Numbered from the stretch's first letter, positions 20,824-31,258 are shown. The stretch is DNA of 64,000 bases from Sphingopyxis macrogoltabida (GCA_003241685.1 QFPJ01000011.1:6116-70115), one strand, 5' to 3'. Program-made: numbers and translations. Notes: generated from the letters alone by a model not told the origin.

Positions 20824-22011
20824 TCAGGCGGGGGCGGCCGCGCCGATGTCGATCTCGCTCATCACCAGCTTGCCCTGTTTCACCGCAAAGCCCATGCGCC
20901 CGTCGACCAGATCGAGGGCGGCCTGGCCAAACACCTCGTAACGCCAGCCCTGCATCATCGCGATGCCGTCGCGGCGTCCGGCCGCCAGCGACTCCAGATC
21001 GTCGCTGCGCGCGATCAGGCGTGAAGCGACATTGAGTTCGCGCGACCGGATTTTCAGCAGCAGTTTCAAAAGGTCGGCGACCAATACGCCTTCCTTGCCC
21101 AGCCCCGGCCCGCGCGGCGCGCGATCGGGCATTTCATCGCGCGACAGCGGTTTCGCACCCGCCAGCGCGTCGATCAGACGGCCGCCGATGTCGTTGGTCC
21201 GCCAGGTCGCCGACAGGCCGCGGACGCGGCCCAGCCCGTCCTGATCCTGCGGCGGATGCGCGGCAAGGTCGGCCAGCGTCTCGTCCTTGACGATGCGCCC
21301 GCGCGGCAGATTCTTGTTCCGCGCCTCGCGCTCGCGCCATGCCGCCAGCGCGCGCAGCCGTCCCAGAACCTCGGGCTTGCGCGACGGCACCTTGATGCGT
21401 TCCCACGCCTTGTCGGGATCGAGCGAATAGTTCGACGGATCGGCCAGCCGCTCCATTTCCTCGTCCAGCCAGTGGCCCCGCCCGGTCTTGACCAGTTTTT
21501 TGAGCATCATCGGAAAGATTTTGGCGAGATGGGTGACGTCGCCGATCGCATAGTCGATCTGGCGCTTGTCGAGCGGCCTGCGGCTCCAGTCGGTGAAGCG
21601 GGCGCCCTTGTCGAGTTGCAGGCCCAGCCAGGCTTCGACGAGGTTCGAATAGCCCACCTGCTCCGCCTGACCCAGCGCCATCTGGCCGATCTGGGTGTCG
21701 AAGATCGGGAAGGGCGTCTTGCCGGTCAGGTTGAAGATGATTTCCACATCCTGCCCGCCGGCATGGAACACCTTCAGCACATCGTCATTGTCGACGAGCA
21801 GGTCGAGCAGCGGCTTGAGGTCGATGCCGGACGCCATCGGATCGATCGCGGCGGCGTGCGCGCTGTCAGCGACCTGAATCAGGCACAGCTCGGGCCAGAA
21901 GGTGTTTTCGCGCATGAATTCGGTGTCGACGGCGATGAAATCGCTGTGCTTGATCAGGTCGACGAATTCGACGAGCGCGGCATTGGACTCGATCAACGGA
22001 TGGACTTGCAT
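20824..22011 (-). CDS. rnd: Ribonuclease D
   Basis: DTEF, DTQ, DWSRRPL, YAIGDV, HRDC domain. Confidence 0.95.
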   Translation of the reverse strand: MQVHPLIESNAALVEFVDLIKHSDFIAVDTEFMRENTFWPELCLIQVADSAHAAAIDPMASGIDLKPLLDLLVDNDDVLKVFHAGGQDVEIIFNLTGKTPFPIFDTQIGQMALGQAEQVGYSNLVEAWLGLQLDKGARFTDWSRRPLDKRQIDYAIGDVTHLAKIFPMMLKKLVKTGRGHWLDEEMERLADPSNYSLDPDKAWERIKVPSRKPEVLGRLRALAAWREREARNKNLPRGRIVKDETLADLAAHPPQDQDGLGRVRGLSATWRTNDIGGRLIDALAGAKPLSRDEMPDRAPRGPGLGKEGVLVADLLKLLLKIRSRELNVASRLIARSDDLESLAAGRRDGIAMMQGWRYEVFGQAALDLVDGRMGFAVKQGKLVMSEIDIGAAAPA

Positions 22012-22115
22012 GCGGCGCCTATACAGCTAGTTGGTGCGGACGGGCAGGAAAAATTGCCGCAATCTCTTCGGGTCGCAAAGGCGCCGCCACGGCGCGTATC
22101 GAAGGGGGTCATTCG

Positions 22116-22445
22116 ATGATGTGGATGGGCTGGGCGCTGGCGGCGCTCGCTGTCGCTTTGCTGGTCGGTCAATATGCGGCGGGGCAGGCGGATATTTTCG
22201 TGTCGATCGCCAATCCGCGGCCGCTGGACGAAGAGCGGATGGTGGTCACGCTGAAAGGCTGGGGCTTCGCCGCCCACGCCGCGCAGCCGTTCATCACGCC
22301 CGAAGCGGATCAGGGGCTGTGCGACGTTCGCGTCTTTGCGACGCGGCGGCAGATGCTGACCGCCATTGCCAGCTTCGGCTATCTGCGCCCGGTGACGGTC
22401 GCGTGGCGCGCCCATGCCGGCATCTTGCCGCTGGGAGATGCCTGA
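22116..22445 (+). CDS. Small exported protein, weak Bor/Iss-like pattern
   Basis: SD AGGGGG; hydrophobic N-terminus; TGATG coupling to next gene. Confidence 0.6.
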   Translation: MMWMGWALAALAVALLVGQYAAGQADIFVSIANPRPLDEERMVVTLKGWGFAAHAAQPFITPEADQGLCDVRVFATRRQMLTAIASFGYLRPVTVAWRAHAGILPLGDA

Positions 22446-23956
22446 TGCCGGTCGTGCGGTTGAGCGAGGCGGGCCGCTGGACGAACTACCACGGCACCGG
22501 GGTCAGCGAGAAGTCCGTGCGCTTTGCGTTGCGCGGCGGCGACGCCGCGCGGGGGCGGGACGAGATTGCGGCGGCGGCCGCGGCGGTGGTCGCGTGGCTT
22601 GGCGAAGCGAAGGCGGCTGGCAAGCGCGTCCGGCCGCTGGGCGCCGGTTGGTCGCCGTCGAACGTCAACATCCTGTCGGATGGCTGGCTGCTCCATACCC
22701 GGCGGTTCAACCGCTGTTTCCGCGTCGCGGCGGACGATGTCCGGTCCGGCATCGACGCGTCGGCGCTGATGCTGGTCGAGGCGGGCGCGCTGGTCGACGA
22801 GGTGTCGGACAAGCTGGAAGAACAGGGGCGGTCGCTGTGGACGAGCGGCGCGGGCAATGGACAGACCTTTGCCGGCGCGGCGGCAACCGGCACGCATGGG
22901 TCGATGGTCGCGCATGGCGGCATTCAGGATCATATCCGCGCGGTGCAGGTCGCGACGCCGCGCGGTAGCTATTGGGTCGAACCCGCCGCGGGGGTGATGC
23001 GCGACGCCTTCATCGCCGCGACCGGATCGATACCGCTGCGCGATGACGAGTTGTTCGCGGCGGTGCAATTGCCGGTCGGATCGCTCGGTATCGTCACTGC
23101 CCTGGTGGTGGACAGCGTGCCCAAATTCCTGGTCCGGCCGATCCAGAATTTGCGGACGATCGACCGCGCGGCGCTCGACTGGCTGGCGACCGGCGATTTC
23201 CGGCGTTTTTCCGCCGCCTATGCGCTCGACCGGACGCCCGATTTCGTGCAGATGATCGTCAATCCCTATAAACCGTTCAAACGGCCGGCGATGCTGCGCT
23301 TCCTGTATCGCGAGCCGTGGCGCGACGATTATCCCCGCGCGACGCCGGGAGAGCTGGGCGCCGGTTATGACGCGCTCAGCCTGCTCGGGCGTCTGCTCGA
23401 CAGCTATCCCTGGGCGCGGGGCGCGCTGTTGCAGTTCGCGATGAAGCTGGGCTATGCCGCTGGCCCCGACATCGACGATCCGGCGGTTTTCGGCAGTTGG
23501 GGGGAGGGGCTGGACACGCATCGGCCGCTCGCCGATCTGTTCAACGCGTCGGTGACGATCGACCGGGCCGACCTGCCACATGTGTTCGAACTGATCTGCG
23601 CCGTCTATGCCGAGCATGGCGGATCGACGGTGGTGACGGTACGGTTCATGGAACGGGCGCAGGGGTTGCTTGCGCCCGCGCGCTTTCCGCACAATGCCGT
23701 CATCGATTTCGACGGTCCGCGCAGCGACCGGACGGCGGAGGCCTATGCGCGGGTGGTCGCGTTGCTCGATGCGCGGAACATCGGCTTCACGCGGCACTGG
23801 GCGAAAAGCTGCCGGCTCGATGCCGCGCGCGTCGCGGCCGACTATGGCGAGGATTTCCGCCGCTGGCGCGCGGCGCGCGAACGGTTGATCCCCGACCCCG
23901 CCGACCGGGCGATTTTCGGCAGCGCGGTGCTCGACGGACTGGGTCTGACCCGCTGA
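22445..23956 (+). CDS. FAD-linked oxidoreductase (FAD_binding_4 + ALO-like)
   Basis: RPLGAGWS, VEAGA, GAAATGTHGS, GSLGIVT, C-terminal RHWAK; SD GGAG before ATG 22445. Confidence 0.85.
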   Translation: MPVVRLSEAGRWTNYHGTGVSEKSVRFALRGGDAARGRDEIAAAAAAVVAWLGEAKAAGKRVRPLGAGWSPSNVNILSDGWLLHTRRFNRCFRVAADDVRSGIDASALMLVEAGALVDEVSDKLEEQGRSLWTSGAGNGQTFAGAAATGTHGSMVAHGGIQDHIRAVQVATPRGSYWVEPAAGVMRDAFIAATGSIPLRDDELFAAVQLPVGSLGIVTALVVDSVPKFLVRPIQNLRTIDRAALDWLATGDFRRFSAAYALDRTPDFVQMIVNPYKPFKRPAMLRFLYREPWRDDYPRATPGELGAGYDALSLLGRLLDSYPWARGALLQFAMKLGYAAGPDIDDPAVFGSWGEGLDTHRPLADLFNASVTIDRADLPHVFELICAVYAEHGGSTVVTVRFMERAQGLLAPARFPHNAVIDFDGPRSDRTAEAYARVVALLDARNIGFTRHWAKSCRLDAARVAADYGEDFRRWRAARERLIPDPADRAIFGSAVLDGLGLTR

Positions 23957-24059
23957 TATCGCCTTCAACCCTTGACAAACCCGTCCCCGCGCTGCCTTAG
24001 GCGCGGCCATATCGGCGCGTTTTTGGAGCGCGCCTTTCCGGACATTGAAAGACAAGCAG

Positions 24060-25841
24060 ATGCACGCCTATCGCACCCATAATTGTGGCCAGCTTCGCGC
24101 CGAGGACGTCGGCCAGAGCGTCCGCCTGTCGGGCTGGGTCCACCGCAAGCGCGACCATGGCGGGCTGCTGTTCGTCGACCTGCGCGATCATTATGGCCTG
24201 ACGCAGATCGTTGCGGATTCCAGCGACCCGGCCTTTGCGATGCTCGACGGGCTGCGCGCCGAAAGCGTCGTGACCGTCACCGGCGACGTCGTCGCGCGGT
24301 CGGACGAAACCGTCAACGCGAACCTGCCGACCGGGGCCATCGAAGTGCGCGCGCGTGCGGTTTCGGTGCAGTCGGCAGCCGCCGAACTGCCGATGCCGGT
24401 CGCGGGCGAACAGGAATATCCCGAGGACATTCGCCTGAAGTACCGCTTCCTCGACCTGCGCCGGGAACGGCTGCATGCCAATATCCTGCTGCGCTCCAAC
24501 GTCATTGCGTCGCTGCGCCGCCGGATGGTGGAACAGGGGTTCACCGAATATCAGACGCCCATCCTGACCGCTTCGTCGCCCGAAGGCGCGCGCGACTATC
24601 TGGTGCCCAGCCGCGTCCATCCCGGCAAATTCTATGCGCTGCCGCAGGCGCCGCAGATGTTCAAGCAACTGCTGATGGTCGCGGGTTTCGACCGCTATTT
24701 CCAGATCGCGCCCTGCTTCCGCGACGAGGACGCGCGCGCCGACCGTAGCCCGGGCGAATTTTATCAGCTCGATTTCGAGATGAGCTTCGTTACCCAGGAC
24801 GATGTGTTCAATGCCATCGAACCCGTGCTGGCCGGGGTGTTCGAGGAATTCGCCAATGGCAAGTCGGTGACGCCGGCGGGCAGCTTTCCGCGCATTCCCT
24901 ATCGCGAGTCGATGCTGAAATATGGCAACGACAAGCCGGACCTTCGCAACCCGCTGATCATTACCGACGTGTCGTCGCATTTCGCGGGCTCGGGCTTCGG
25001 CCGGTTCGCCGATATCGTCGCGGCGGGCGATGTCGTGCGCGCCATTCCCGCGCCGGGGACCGCCGACAAGAGCCGCAAATTCTTTGACGACATGAACAGC
25101 TGGGCGCAGGGCGAGGGCTTTGCGGGCCTGGGCTATGCGACGCGCAAGGGCGGCGAATGGGGCGGTCCGATCGCCAAGAACCATGGGCCGGACAAGATGG
25201 ACGCGCTGGCCGCGGAACTGGGGATCGGCCCCGATGACGGGCTGTTCTTTGCCGCCGGCAAGGAAGCCGTCGCGGCCCGGCTGGCCGGCTTTGCGCGCAC
25301 CCGCGTCGCCGAACAACTGGGCCTGATCGACCCGAACAGCTTCGCAATGTGCTGGATCGTCGATTTCCCGATGTTCGAGGCCGACGAGGACACCGGCAAG
25401 ATCGATTTCAGCCACAATCCCTTTTCGATGCCGCAGGGCGAACTGGAAGCGCTGGAAACCAAGGACCCGCTCGAAATCCTCGCCTGGCAATATGACATCG
25501 TGTGCAACGGCGTCGAACTGTCGTCGGGCGCGATCCGGAATCACCGGCCCGACATCATGTACAAGGCGTTCGAGATCGCCGGGTATAGCCAGGCCGACGT
25601 CGATGCCAATTTCGCGGGCATGATCAACGCGTTCAAATATGGCGCGCCGCCGCACGGCGGTTCGGCGCCGGGCGTCGACCGGATCGTCATGCTGCTCGCC
25701 GACGAACCCAATATCCGCGAGGTCGTGGTCTTTCCGATGAACCAGAAGGCGGAAGACCTGATGATGGGCGCCCCGGCGCCGGTCAGCGAAAAGCAGCTGA
25801 AGGAACTCAGCATCCGCCTGATCGACGGGCCGAAGAACTGA
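24060..25841 (+). CDS. aspS: Aspartyl-tRNA synthetase (probably non-discriminating)
   Basis: YRTH, RDHGG, PEGARD, FRDED, GAPPHGG. Confidence 0.97.
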   Translation: MHAYRTHNCGQLRAEDVGQSVRLSGWVHRKRDHGGLLFVDLRDHYGLTQIVADSSDPAFAMLDGLRAESVVTVTGDVVARSDETVNANLPTGAIEVRARAVSVQSAAAELPMPVAGEQEYPEDIRLKYRFLDLRRERLHANILLRSNVIASLRRRMVEQGFTEYQTPILTASSPEGARDYLVPSRVHPGKFYALPQAPQMFKQLLMVAGFDRYFQIAPCFRDEDARADRSPGEFYQLDFEMSFVTQDDVFNAIEPVLAGVFEEFANGKSVTPAGSFPRIPYRESMLKYGNDKPDLRNPLIITDVSSHFAGSGFGRFADIVAAGDVVRAIPAPGTADKSRKFFDDMNSWAQGEGFAGLGYATRKGGEWGGPIAKNHGPDKMDALAAELGIGPDDGLFFAAGKEAVAARLAGFARTRVAEQLGLIDPNSFAMCWIVDFPMFEADEDTGKIDFSHNPFSMPQGELEALETKDPLEILAWQYDIVCNGVELSSGAIRNHRPDIMYKAFEIAGYSQADVDANFAGMINAFKYGAPPHGGSAPGVDRIVMLLADEPNIREVVVFPMNQKAEDLMMGAPAPVSEKQLKELSIRLIDGPKN

Positions 25842-25846
25842 CGCGG

Positions 25847-26734
25847 ATGGCCGGGCCGCGCGAACACCGGCTTGCCACGCCGGACGGGGACATCTGCTGG
25901 TTCGAATGGGGCGCGCCGCGCCATGGCGCCGCCTCTCTGCTTTTGCTGCACGCGACCGGCTTTCACGCGCGTCTTTGGGACCGGGTCGTCGCGGCACTGC
26001 CCGCCGGCACGCATGTGATTGCCCCCGATCATCGTGGTCATGGGCGCAGCTATCGTCCCTCGACGCTGGCCAATTGGGTCGAAACCTCCGACGTCCTGCT
26101 GCCGCTGCTCGACAGGCTGAGCGGTCACCCGATCGTCGGCGGCGGTCACAGCATGGGCGGCTATATCCTGACCCGGCTTGCGTCGCAGCGGCCGGCGGCG
26201 TTTCGCCACCTGTTGTTGATCGACCCCGTCATCAAGGCGCCCGAAGACTATGAAGGGCAGGCCGCGCAGCCCATCCCCGATCCCGCCGACCATCCCATCG
26301 CGCGGCGGCGCAATGTGTGGACCAGCGTGGAGGAGATGCGCGCGCGCTTTGCCGATCGCATGCCTTACGCCGCGTGGGACGCACAGACGCTTGCCGATTA
26401 TTGCACCTATGGCCTGTTGCCCGCGCCGGACGGGGAGGGGCTGGAACTGGCCTGTCCGCCGGCGCTGGAGGCATCGGTCTATCAGAATGCGCTGCGGATC
26501 AGCCCGCATATGTGGCTGCCCTATCTCGCGACGCCGACGAGCGTCGTTCGCGCGCGCGAGAGCGACCGGGATGGCGAGATGGACTTTTCCAGCAGCCCGA
26601 CCTGGCCGGGGCTCGGCGCGTCGATCGGCGCGCCGCGTGACGAGCTGTGGTCCGACCACAGCCATTTCATCCCGATGGAAGCCCCCGCGCGCGTGGCCGG
26701 CCTGCTGGCCGAACTCAGCGGCGATCAGGGTTAA
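25847..26734 (+). CDS. Alpha/beta hydrolase
   Basis: HATGF, DHRGHG, GHSMGG nucleophile, SHFIPME His. Confidence 0.88.
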   Translation: MAGPREHRLATPDGDICWFEWGAPRHGAASLLLLHATGFHARLWDRVVAALPAGTHVIAPDHRGHGRSYRPSTLANWVETSDVLLPLLDRLSGHPIVGGGHSMGGYILTRLASQRPAAFRHLLLIDPVIKAPEDYEGQAAQPIPDPADHPIARRRNVWTSVEEMRARFADRMPYAAWDAQTLADYCTYGLLPAPDGEGLELACPPALEASVYQNALRISPHMWLPYLATPTSVVRARESDRDGEMDFSSSPTWPGLGASIGAPRDELWSDHSHFIPMEAPARVAGLLAELSGDQG

Positions 26735-26808
26735 TCCCGTCGCATCCCGTCCGCCGCTATGGTAGCAGCCGTGGCGGACCCAGAGACAGACGCCCGGAGA
26801 GCAGCGGG

Positions 26809-27594
26809 ATGACGATCAACCTTGCCGACTATGAAGCCGGCGCCAAATATGACGGCGAATATGCGGCCGATCTCGCCGCGCTGCAGGACCGGCTGGAACG
26901 GGTGCAGGCGGCGCATATCTCCCACGGCCAACGCAGCGTCATCATGCTGGAGGGTTGGGATGCCGCCGGCAAGGGCGGGATCATCCAGCGCATGACCGCC
27001 TCGCTCGACCCCCGCTATTTCGAGGTGTGGCCGATCGGCGCACCGAACGAGGAGGAGGGGGCGCGGCATTTCCTGTGGCGCTTCTGGAAGCGCCTGCCCG
27101 GCAACCGCGAAATCTCCATCTTCGACCGGAGCTGGTACGGCCGCGTGCTGGTCGAGCGGGTCGAGGGTTTCGCGAGCGAGGCCGAATGGCGCAAGGGGTA
27201 TGACGAGATCAACGAGTTTGAGGCGCAACTGACCGGCAGCCGCACCCATCTGGTCAAGCTGTTCGTCCATATTACCCAGGAAGAACAGGACAAGCGTTTC
27301 GCCGATCGGCTCGACAATCCGTGGAAACGCTGGAAGACCGGCGCCGAGGATTATCGCAACCGGGCCAAGCGCAAGGATTATCTGGCCGCGATGGACGATA
27401 TGTTCCAGCAGACCGACACGCGCTGGGCGCCGTGGAAGGTGATCGACGGCAACAACAAGAAGGCGGGACGCATCGCCGCGCTGGCGCATGTGACCGAAGC
27501 GCTGGAAGCCGCCGTGCCGATGACGCCGCCGGATCGCGACGCCGCGGTGGTCAAGCTGGCGCACAAAGCCTTTGGATATACGCCGAAGGACTAG
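26809..27594 (+). CDS. ppk2: Polyphosphate kinase 2 family, single domain
   Basis: EGWDAAGKGG Walker A, FDRSWYGRVLVERV, KRWK. Confidence 0.92.
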   Translation: MTINLADYEAGAKYDGEYAADLAALQDRLERVQAAHISHGQRSVIMLEGWDAAGKGGIIQRMTASLDPRYFEVWPIGAPNEEEGARHFLWRFWKRLPGNREISIFDRSWYGRVLVERVEGFASEAEWRKGYDEINEFEAQLTGSRTHLVKLFVHITQEEQDKRFADRLDNPWKRWKTGAEDYRNRAKRKDYLAAMDDMFQQTDTRWAPWKVIDGNNKKAGRIAALAHVTEALEAAVPMTPPDRDAAVVKLAHKAFGYTPKD

Positions 27595-27647
27595 CTTTTT
27601 GGGCCGCGCGGCTAGCCAGATCGGCCGTCAATCGCTACATAGGGTCG

Positions 27648-28184
27648 ATGAGCCGCGCCAGACGATCCGACGATTGGGGTTTTCCCCGCTGGCGCGAATA
27701 TGGTCAGGGGCGTGAAGCGCAGAAGGTGCGGCTGTGCGATCGGCATGGTTGTAGCGAACCCGGCAATTGCCCGGCGCCCAAATCGCCCAACAGCCCGGAA
27801 CGCTGGTATTTCTGCGAGGCGCACGCGGCCGAATATAATCGCGGCTGGGACTATTTCGCCGGCCTCAGCGCGGAAGACGCGGCCGAGCGCGCCGCCGACG
27901 AAGCACGGGGTGCGCGCAGCTACGCCCGCGCGCAGCATTATGAATGGGGCGGTGCGGGCGACGGCAGTCGCAGCGCCGATGAAATGCGCGCGCTGGACGT
28001 GCTGGGGCTGGACCCCGATGCCGATTTCGACGCCACGAAAAAGGCGTGGCGCGCCTATGCCAAGGAATGCCATCCGGACGTCAAGCCCGACGATGCGGAG
28101 GCCGCAAGGCGGTTCGCGGCGGGACAGGCGGCGTTCGAGGTGCTGAAACAGGCCGAAGATCGCAAAAGCTGGAAACCCGCCTGA
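27648..28184 (+). CDS. J-domain protein with N-terminal Cys-rich motif
   Basis: C-x4-C...APK...FC..H..EYN..WDYF; C-terminal HPD. Confidence 0.88.
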   Translation: MSRARRSDDWGFPRWREYGQGREAQKVRLCDRHGCSEPGNCPAPKSPNSPERWYFCEAHAAEYNRGWDYFAGLSAEDAAERAADEARGARSYARAQHYEWGGAGDGSRSADEMRALDVLGLDPDADFDATKKAWRAYAKECHPDVKPDDAEAARRFAAGQAAFEVLKQAEDRKSWKPA

Positions 28185-28205
28185 ACGCGACGCGATCGGC
28201 CGGGG

Positions 28206-28239
28206 AAAGACGGGGCGGGCACTGCCCACCCCGTTGTTC
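28206..28239. terminator. Putative bidirectional terminator
   Basis: ACGGGGCGGGCA-c-TGCCCACCCCGT hairpin between convergent genes. Confidence 0.6.
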
Positions 28240-28242
28240 GTC

Positions 28243-29121
28243 TTACAGGCCGTCGAGACCCTTGCTGACCAGAACATTGACCGCAACGCGGCGGTTCTGC
28301 GCCTTGCCTTCGGGCGTGGTGTTGTCCGCCGCCGGATCGGCTTCGGCCATGCCGGTCGGGGTCAGCATGCGATAGGGCTTCCAGCCGCACGCCTGCTGCA
28401 AGTGATTGACGACGCGGCCCGCCCGCTTTTCGCTGAGCACCTGGTTGACCTCCTGGCTTCCCGTCGAATCGGTGTATCCGACGACGAGCAGCATGGCATT
28501 GTTCATGCCCTCGGCCTGGCTGGCGGCAGCGCAAAGGTCGGCCTTCGCCTGCTCGGACAGAACGGCCTTGCCGATGTCGAAGTTCACGTTGGTCGTGCTC
28601 TTCACATTATACTGGTCGATGTCGCCGACGCGGCTGCGCAGCGCGTCGGTCGCGGCCGTCTGTTCGGCGAAACGCTGGTTGGTGCCGGTGTGGATCATCG
28701 ACGCGGTGCGCAGATCCTTGCTCTTGAGATCGACCTGGCTGGCGACCAGTCCGCCGTCCCATTGCAGCGTGTCGACCGTCACCGGCAGGCCGTTGAGCAG
28801 GGCATCCGATGCCAGCTTGTCGCGATCAAGGCCCAGGAAGCCGCCGCTGCTCTTGATCTTGGTATAATCGGCGATCGCGATGGTCGTCGCGCTGCCGTCG
28901 GCGGTCGTGACCTGCATCCGTCCGTCGCTGCGCGCGGAAATAATGCCTTCGACCTTGGGACCCTTGGTCATTTCTTCGGGCGACGGCAGCGTCCCGTAAA
29001 CGGTCGCCATGACGTCGCCTTCCGATGCCTCTTCGGGCTGCTGGGCCAAGACCGCCGTCGCGGACCCGCTCAAGAGCGCCAGCATCAAGACAAATTTCGG
29101 ACCCGTTGAAACAAGACCCAT
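28243..29121 (-). CDS. OmpA-family peptidoglycan-binding protein
   Basis: Signal peptide; VNFD, GYTDSTG, N..LSEKRA, AQNRRV. Confidence 0.9.
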   Translation of the reverse strand: MGLVSTGPKFVLMLALLSGSATAVLAQQPEEASEGDVMATVYGTLPSPEEMTKGPKVEGIISARSDGRMQVTTADGSATTIAIADYTKIKSSGGFLGLDRDKLASDALLNGLPVTVDTLQWDGGLVASQVDLKSKDLRTASMIHTGTNQRFAEQTAATDALRSRVGDIDQYNVKSTTNVNFDIGKAVLSEQAKADLCAAASQAEGMNNAMLLVVGYTDSTGSQEVNQVLSEKRAGRVVNHLQQACGWKPYRMLTPTGMAEADPAADNTTPEGKAQNRRVAVNVLVSKGLDGL

Positions 29122-29185
29122 AGCCTACTCCTTCTGTCAGATAGTTACCCCTGGCGTGCGCGCGGCACGCTTTCTGGCTGTTGAG

Positions 29186-29210
29186 AACGTCCTATGCGAT
29201 CGATTGTTGC
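29186..29210 (-). promoter_or_regulatory. EcfG-like ECF promoter (one mismatch) upstream of OmpA gene
   Basis: GCAAC-N16-CGTT. Confidence 0.45.
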
Positions 29211-29265
29211 TCGATTGATCGCTCAAACGGTGCAACAGGCCGCTAAAATTCTACCGAAACATAGG

Positions 29266-29289
29266 AAAGCTGTCCAATCGAAGGACAGC
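29266..29289 (-). terminator. Putative terminator after mtgA
   Basis: GCTGTCC-N7-GGACAGC-TTT on minus strand. Confidence 0.55.
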
Positions 29290-29294
29290 GGGCG

Positions 29295-30002
29295 TCACTT
29301 ATAGATGCATGCGTCCAGCCCGTCGCGCCGCACCTGCCCGATGCGCGCGGCGATGGTGTTGCCATAGCGGCGCGTGAATCCCGACGGACTGATCGCCTCG
29401 CGCTTTTTCGGGAGTGGCAGGATGGCAGCGATCCGTGCCGCCTCCTGCGGCGTCAGTTTTGCGGCGCTCTTCCGGAAATAGCGCTGCGCGCCGGCCTCGA
29501 CGCCATAGGTTCCGATGCCGGTTTCGGCGACGTTCAGATAGACCTCCATGATCCGGCGCTTGCCCCAGATCTTTTCGATCAGGAACGTGAACCACACTTC
29601 GGGAACTTTGCGGACATAACGGGTCCAGCCGCTGCCTTGCCAGAGGAACACATTCTTCGCGGTCTGCTGGCTGATCGTCGATCCGCCGCGCAGACGTTTG
29701 CCCTTGGCATTGCGTTCGATCGCGTCCTCGATCGCGTCGCGGTCGAAGCCGTCGTGGCTACAGAATTTGCCGTCCTCGGCCGCGATCGCGGCGCGAACCA
29801 TGTTGCGGTCGATACGGGAAAGGCTTTCCCAATCCTTGGTGATGCCGCTCGGGTCCGCCAGCATGGTAAGGGTCACCGGCGGCGGCACCACGGCATAGAT
29901 CAACACCCACGCGACCGTCGCGATCACGAACCACAACAGCCATTTGAACGGCCGGAGATACCAGGGGAGCTTGCGCTTCTTCGCGCGGGATTTGGTCGCC
30001 AT
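29295..30002 (-). CDS. mtgA: Monofunctional peptidoglycan transglycosylase
   Basis: AAEDGKF.SHDGFD, RGGSTISQQTAKN, EVYLN. Confidence 0.95.
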   Translation of the reverse strand: MATKSRAKKRKLPWYLRPFKWLLWFVIATVAWVLIYAVVPPPVTLTMLADPSGITKDWESLSRIDRNMVRAAIAAEDGKFCSHDGFDRDAIEDAIERNAKGKRLRGGSTISQQTAKNVFLWQGSGWTRYVRKVPEVWFTFLIEKIWGKRRIMEVYLNVAETGIGTYGVEAGAQRYFRKSAAKLTPQEAARIAAILPLPKKREAISPSGFTRRYGNTIAARIGQVRRDGLDACIYK

Positions 30003-30103
30003 GGCGGCAAATTAGCCGCTTGCCCGGAGGTGGCAAGCGGGCAGGTGCGTAAATATTCGTCACCTCGAATGCGATCGGCGATGAGCCCCACACCATCGGT
30101 ATG

Positions 30104-30207
30104 CGTCATTGCGAGCCCGGCGAAAGCCGGGGGAAGCCATCTCCAGCCCTCGTCCAGCCCGTGGTCGATCGCGGGAGATTGCTTCGTCGCGCCGCTCATA
30201 GCAACGG
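30104..30207. repeat. Degenerate alphaproteobacterial GTCATTGCGAG-type palindromic element
   Basis: GTCATTGCGAG...GAAGCCATCTCC...GGAGATTGCTTCG...GCAACG with internal CCCGGC-gaaa-GCCGGG hairpin. Confidence 0.55.
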
Positions 30208-30277
30208 CGAAAGGGAGCGACGGATCAAACGGGATAATCGCCGATCAGGTCCGGGTGACGAGGAAAGACCGGTCGGT

Positions 30278-31180
30278 TTATGCGCCGATCAGCCGGCGCT
30301 CGCCCGCGAGTTTCAGCATCGCCTTTTGCAGCTTTTCAAAGGCGCGTACCTCGATCTGACGGACGCGTTCGCGGCTGACGTCATAGACCTGGCTCAGATC
30401 CTCCAGCGTCTTGGGATCGTCGGTCAGGCGGCGTTCGGTCAGGATATGCCGCTCGCGCTCGTTCAGCGTATCCAGCGCCTCGGTCAGCAGGTCGTGACGC
30501 ACGTCGCGTTCTTCGGCTTCGGCGACGCGCTCGTCCTGCAACGGACCTTCGTCGCCCAGCAGATCCTGCCACTGGCTGTCGCCGTCCTCGCCCATCGGCA
30601 CGTTGAGCGACGTGTCGCCGCCCATCGCCATGCGGCGGTTCATGCTGATGACCTCGTCCTCGGTGACGCCCAGGTCGGTGGCAATCTTGGCGACATGTTC
30701 GGGCGACAGGTCGCCGTCCTCGAACGCCTCCAGATTATTCTTCATCCGGCGCAGGTTGAAGAACAGTTTCTTCTGCGCCGCCGTCGTGCCCATCTTCACA
30801 AGGCTCCACGACCGCAGGATGAATTCCTGGATCGACGCCCTGATCCACCACATCGCATAGGTGGCGAGCCGGAAGCCGCGTTCGGGGTCGAATTTCTTCA
30901 CCCCCTGCATCAGCCCGATATTGCCTTCGCTGATCAATTCGCTGACCGGCAGGCCATAGCCGCGATAGCCCATCGCAATCTTCGCGACGAGGCGGAGGTG
31001 CGACGTCACAAGCTGCGCCGCCGCCTCGCTGTCGCCATGCTCCTGAAACCGCTTGGCAAGCATATATTCCTGCTCGGGCGTCAGAAGGGGGAATTTGCGG
31101 ATTTCGGCCAGATAGCGGTTCAGGCTCGCCTCACCGCCGAGCGCGGGCACCACTGCCGGAACATTGCTTTTGTTAGCCAT
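30278..31180 (-). CDS. rpoH: Sigma-32 factor
   Basis: SHLRLVAKIA, RpoH box QKKLFFNLR, SRERVRQIE. Confidence 0.97.
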   Translation of the reverse strand: MANKSNVPAVVPALGGEASLNRYLAEIRKFPLLTPEQEYMLAKRFQEHGDSEAAAQLVTSHLRLVAKIAMGYRGYGLPVSELISEGNIGLMQGVKKFDPERGFRLATYAMWWIRASIQEFILRSWSLVKMGTTAAQKKLFFNLRRMKNNLEAFEDGDLSPEHVAKIATDLGVTEDEVISMNRRMAMGGDTSLNVPMGEDGDSQWQDLLGDEGPLQDERVAEAEERDVRHDLLTEALDTLNERERHILTERRLTDDPKTLEDLSQVYDVSRERVRQIEVRAFEKLQKAMLKLAGERRLIGA

Positions 31181-31258
31181 GGAGAGTGTCTTCCCTAAAA
31201 CCTGAAATCATTCTGCCCCGGTTGACTCCAGCGGTCAAAATAGATTTTTATTCGAAAC

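Noticed and set aside
22031..22444. N-terminal extension of the 641-aa oxidase ORF
   Set aside because: Arg/Gly-rich junk overlapping the 22116-22445 gene; SD and TGATG coupling support a start at 22445
23972..24003. TTGACA upstream of aspS as a sigma70 promoter
   Set aside because: Nearest TAGGCG is 20 bp away, so spacing is unconvincing
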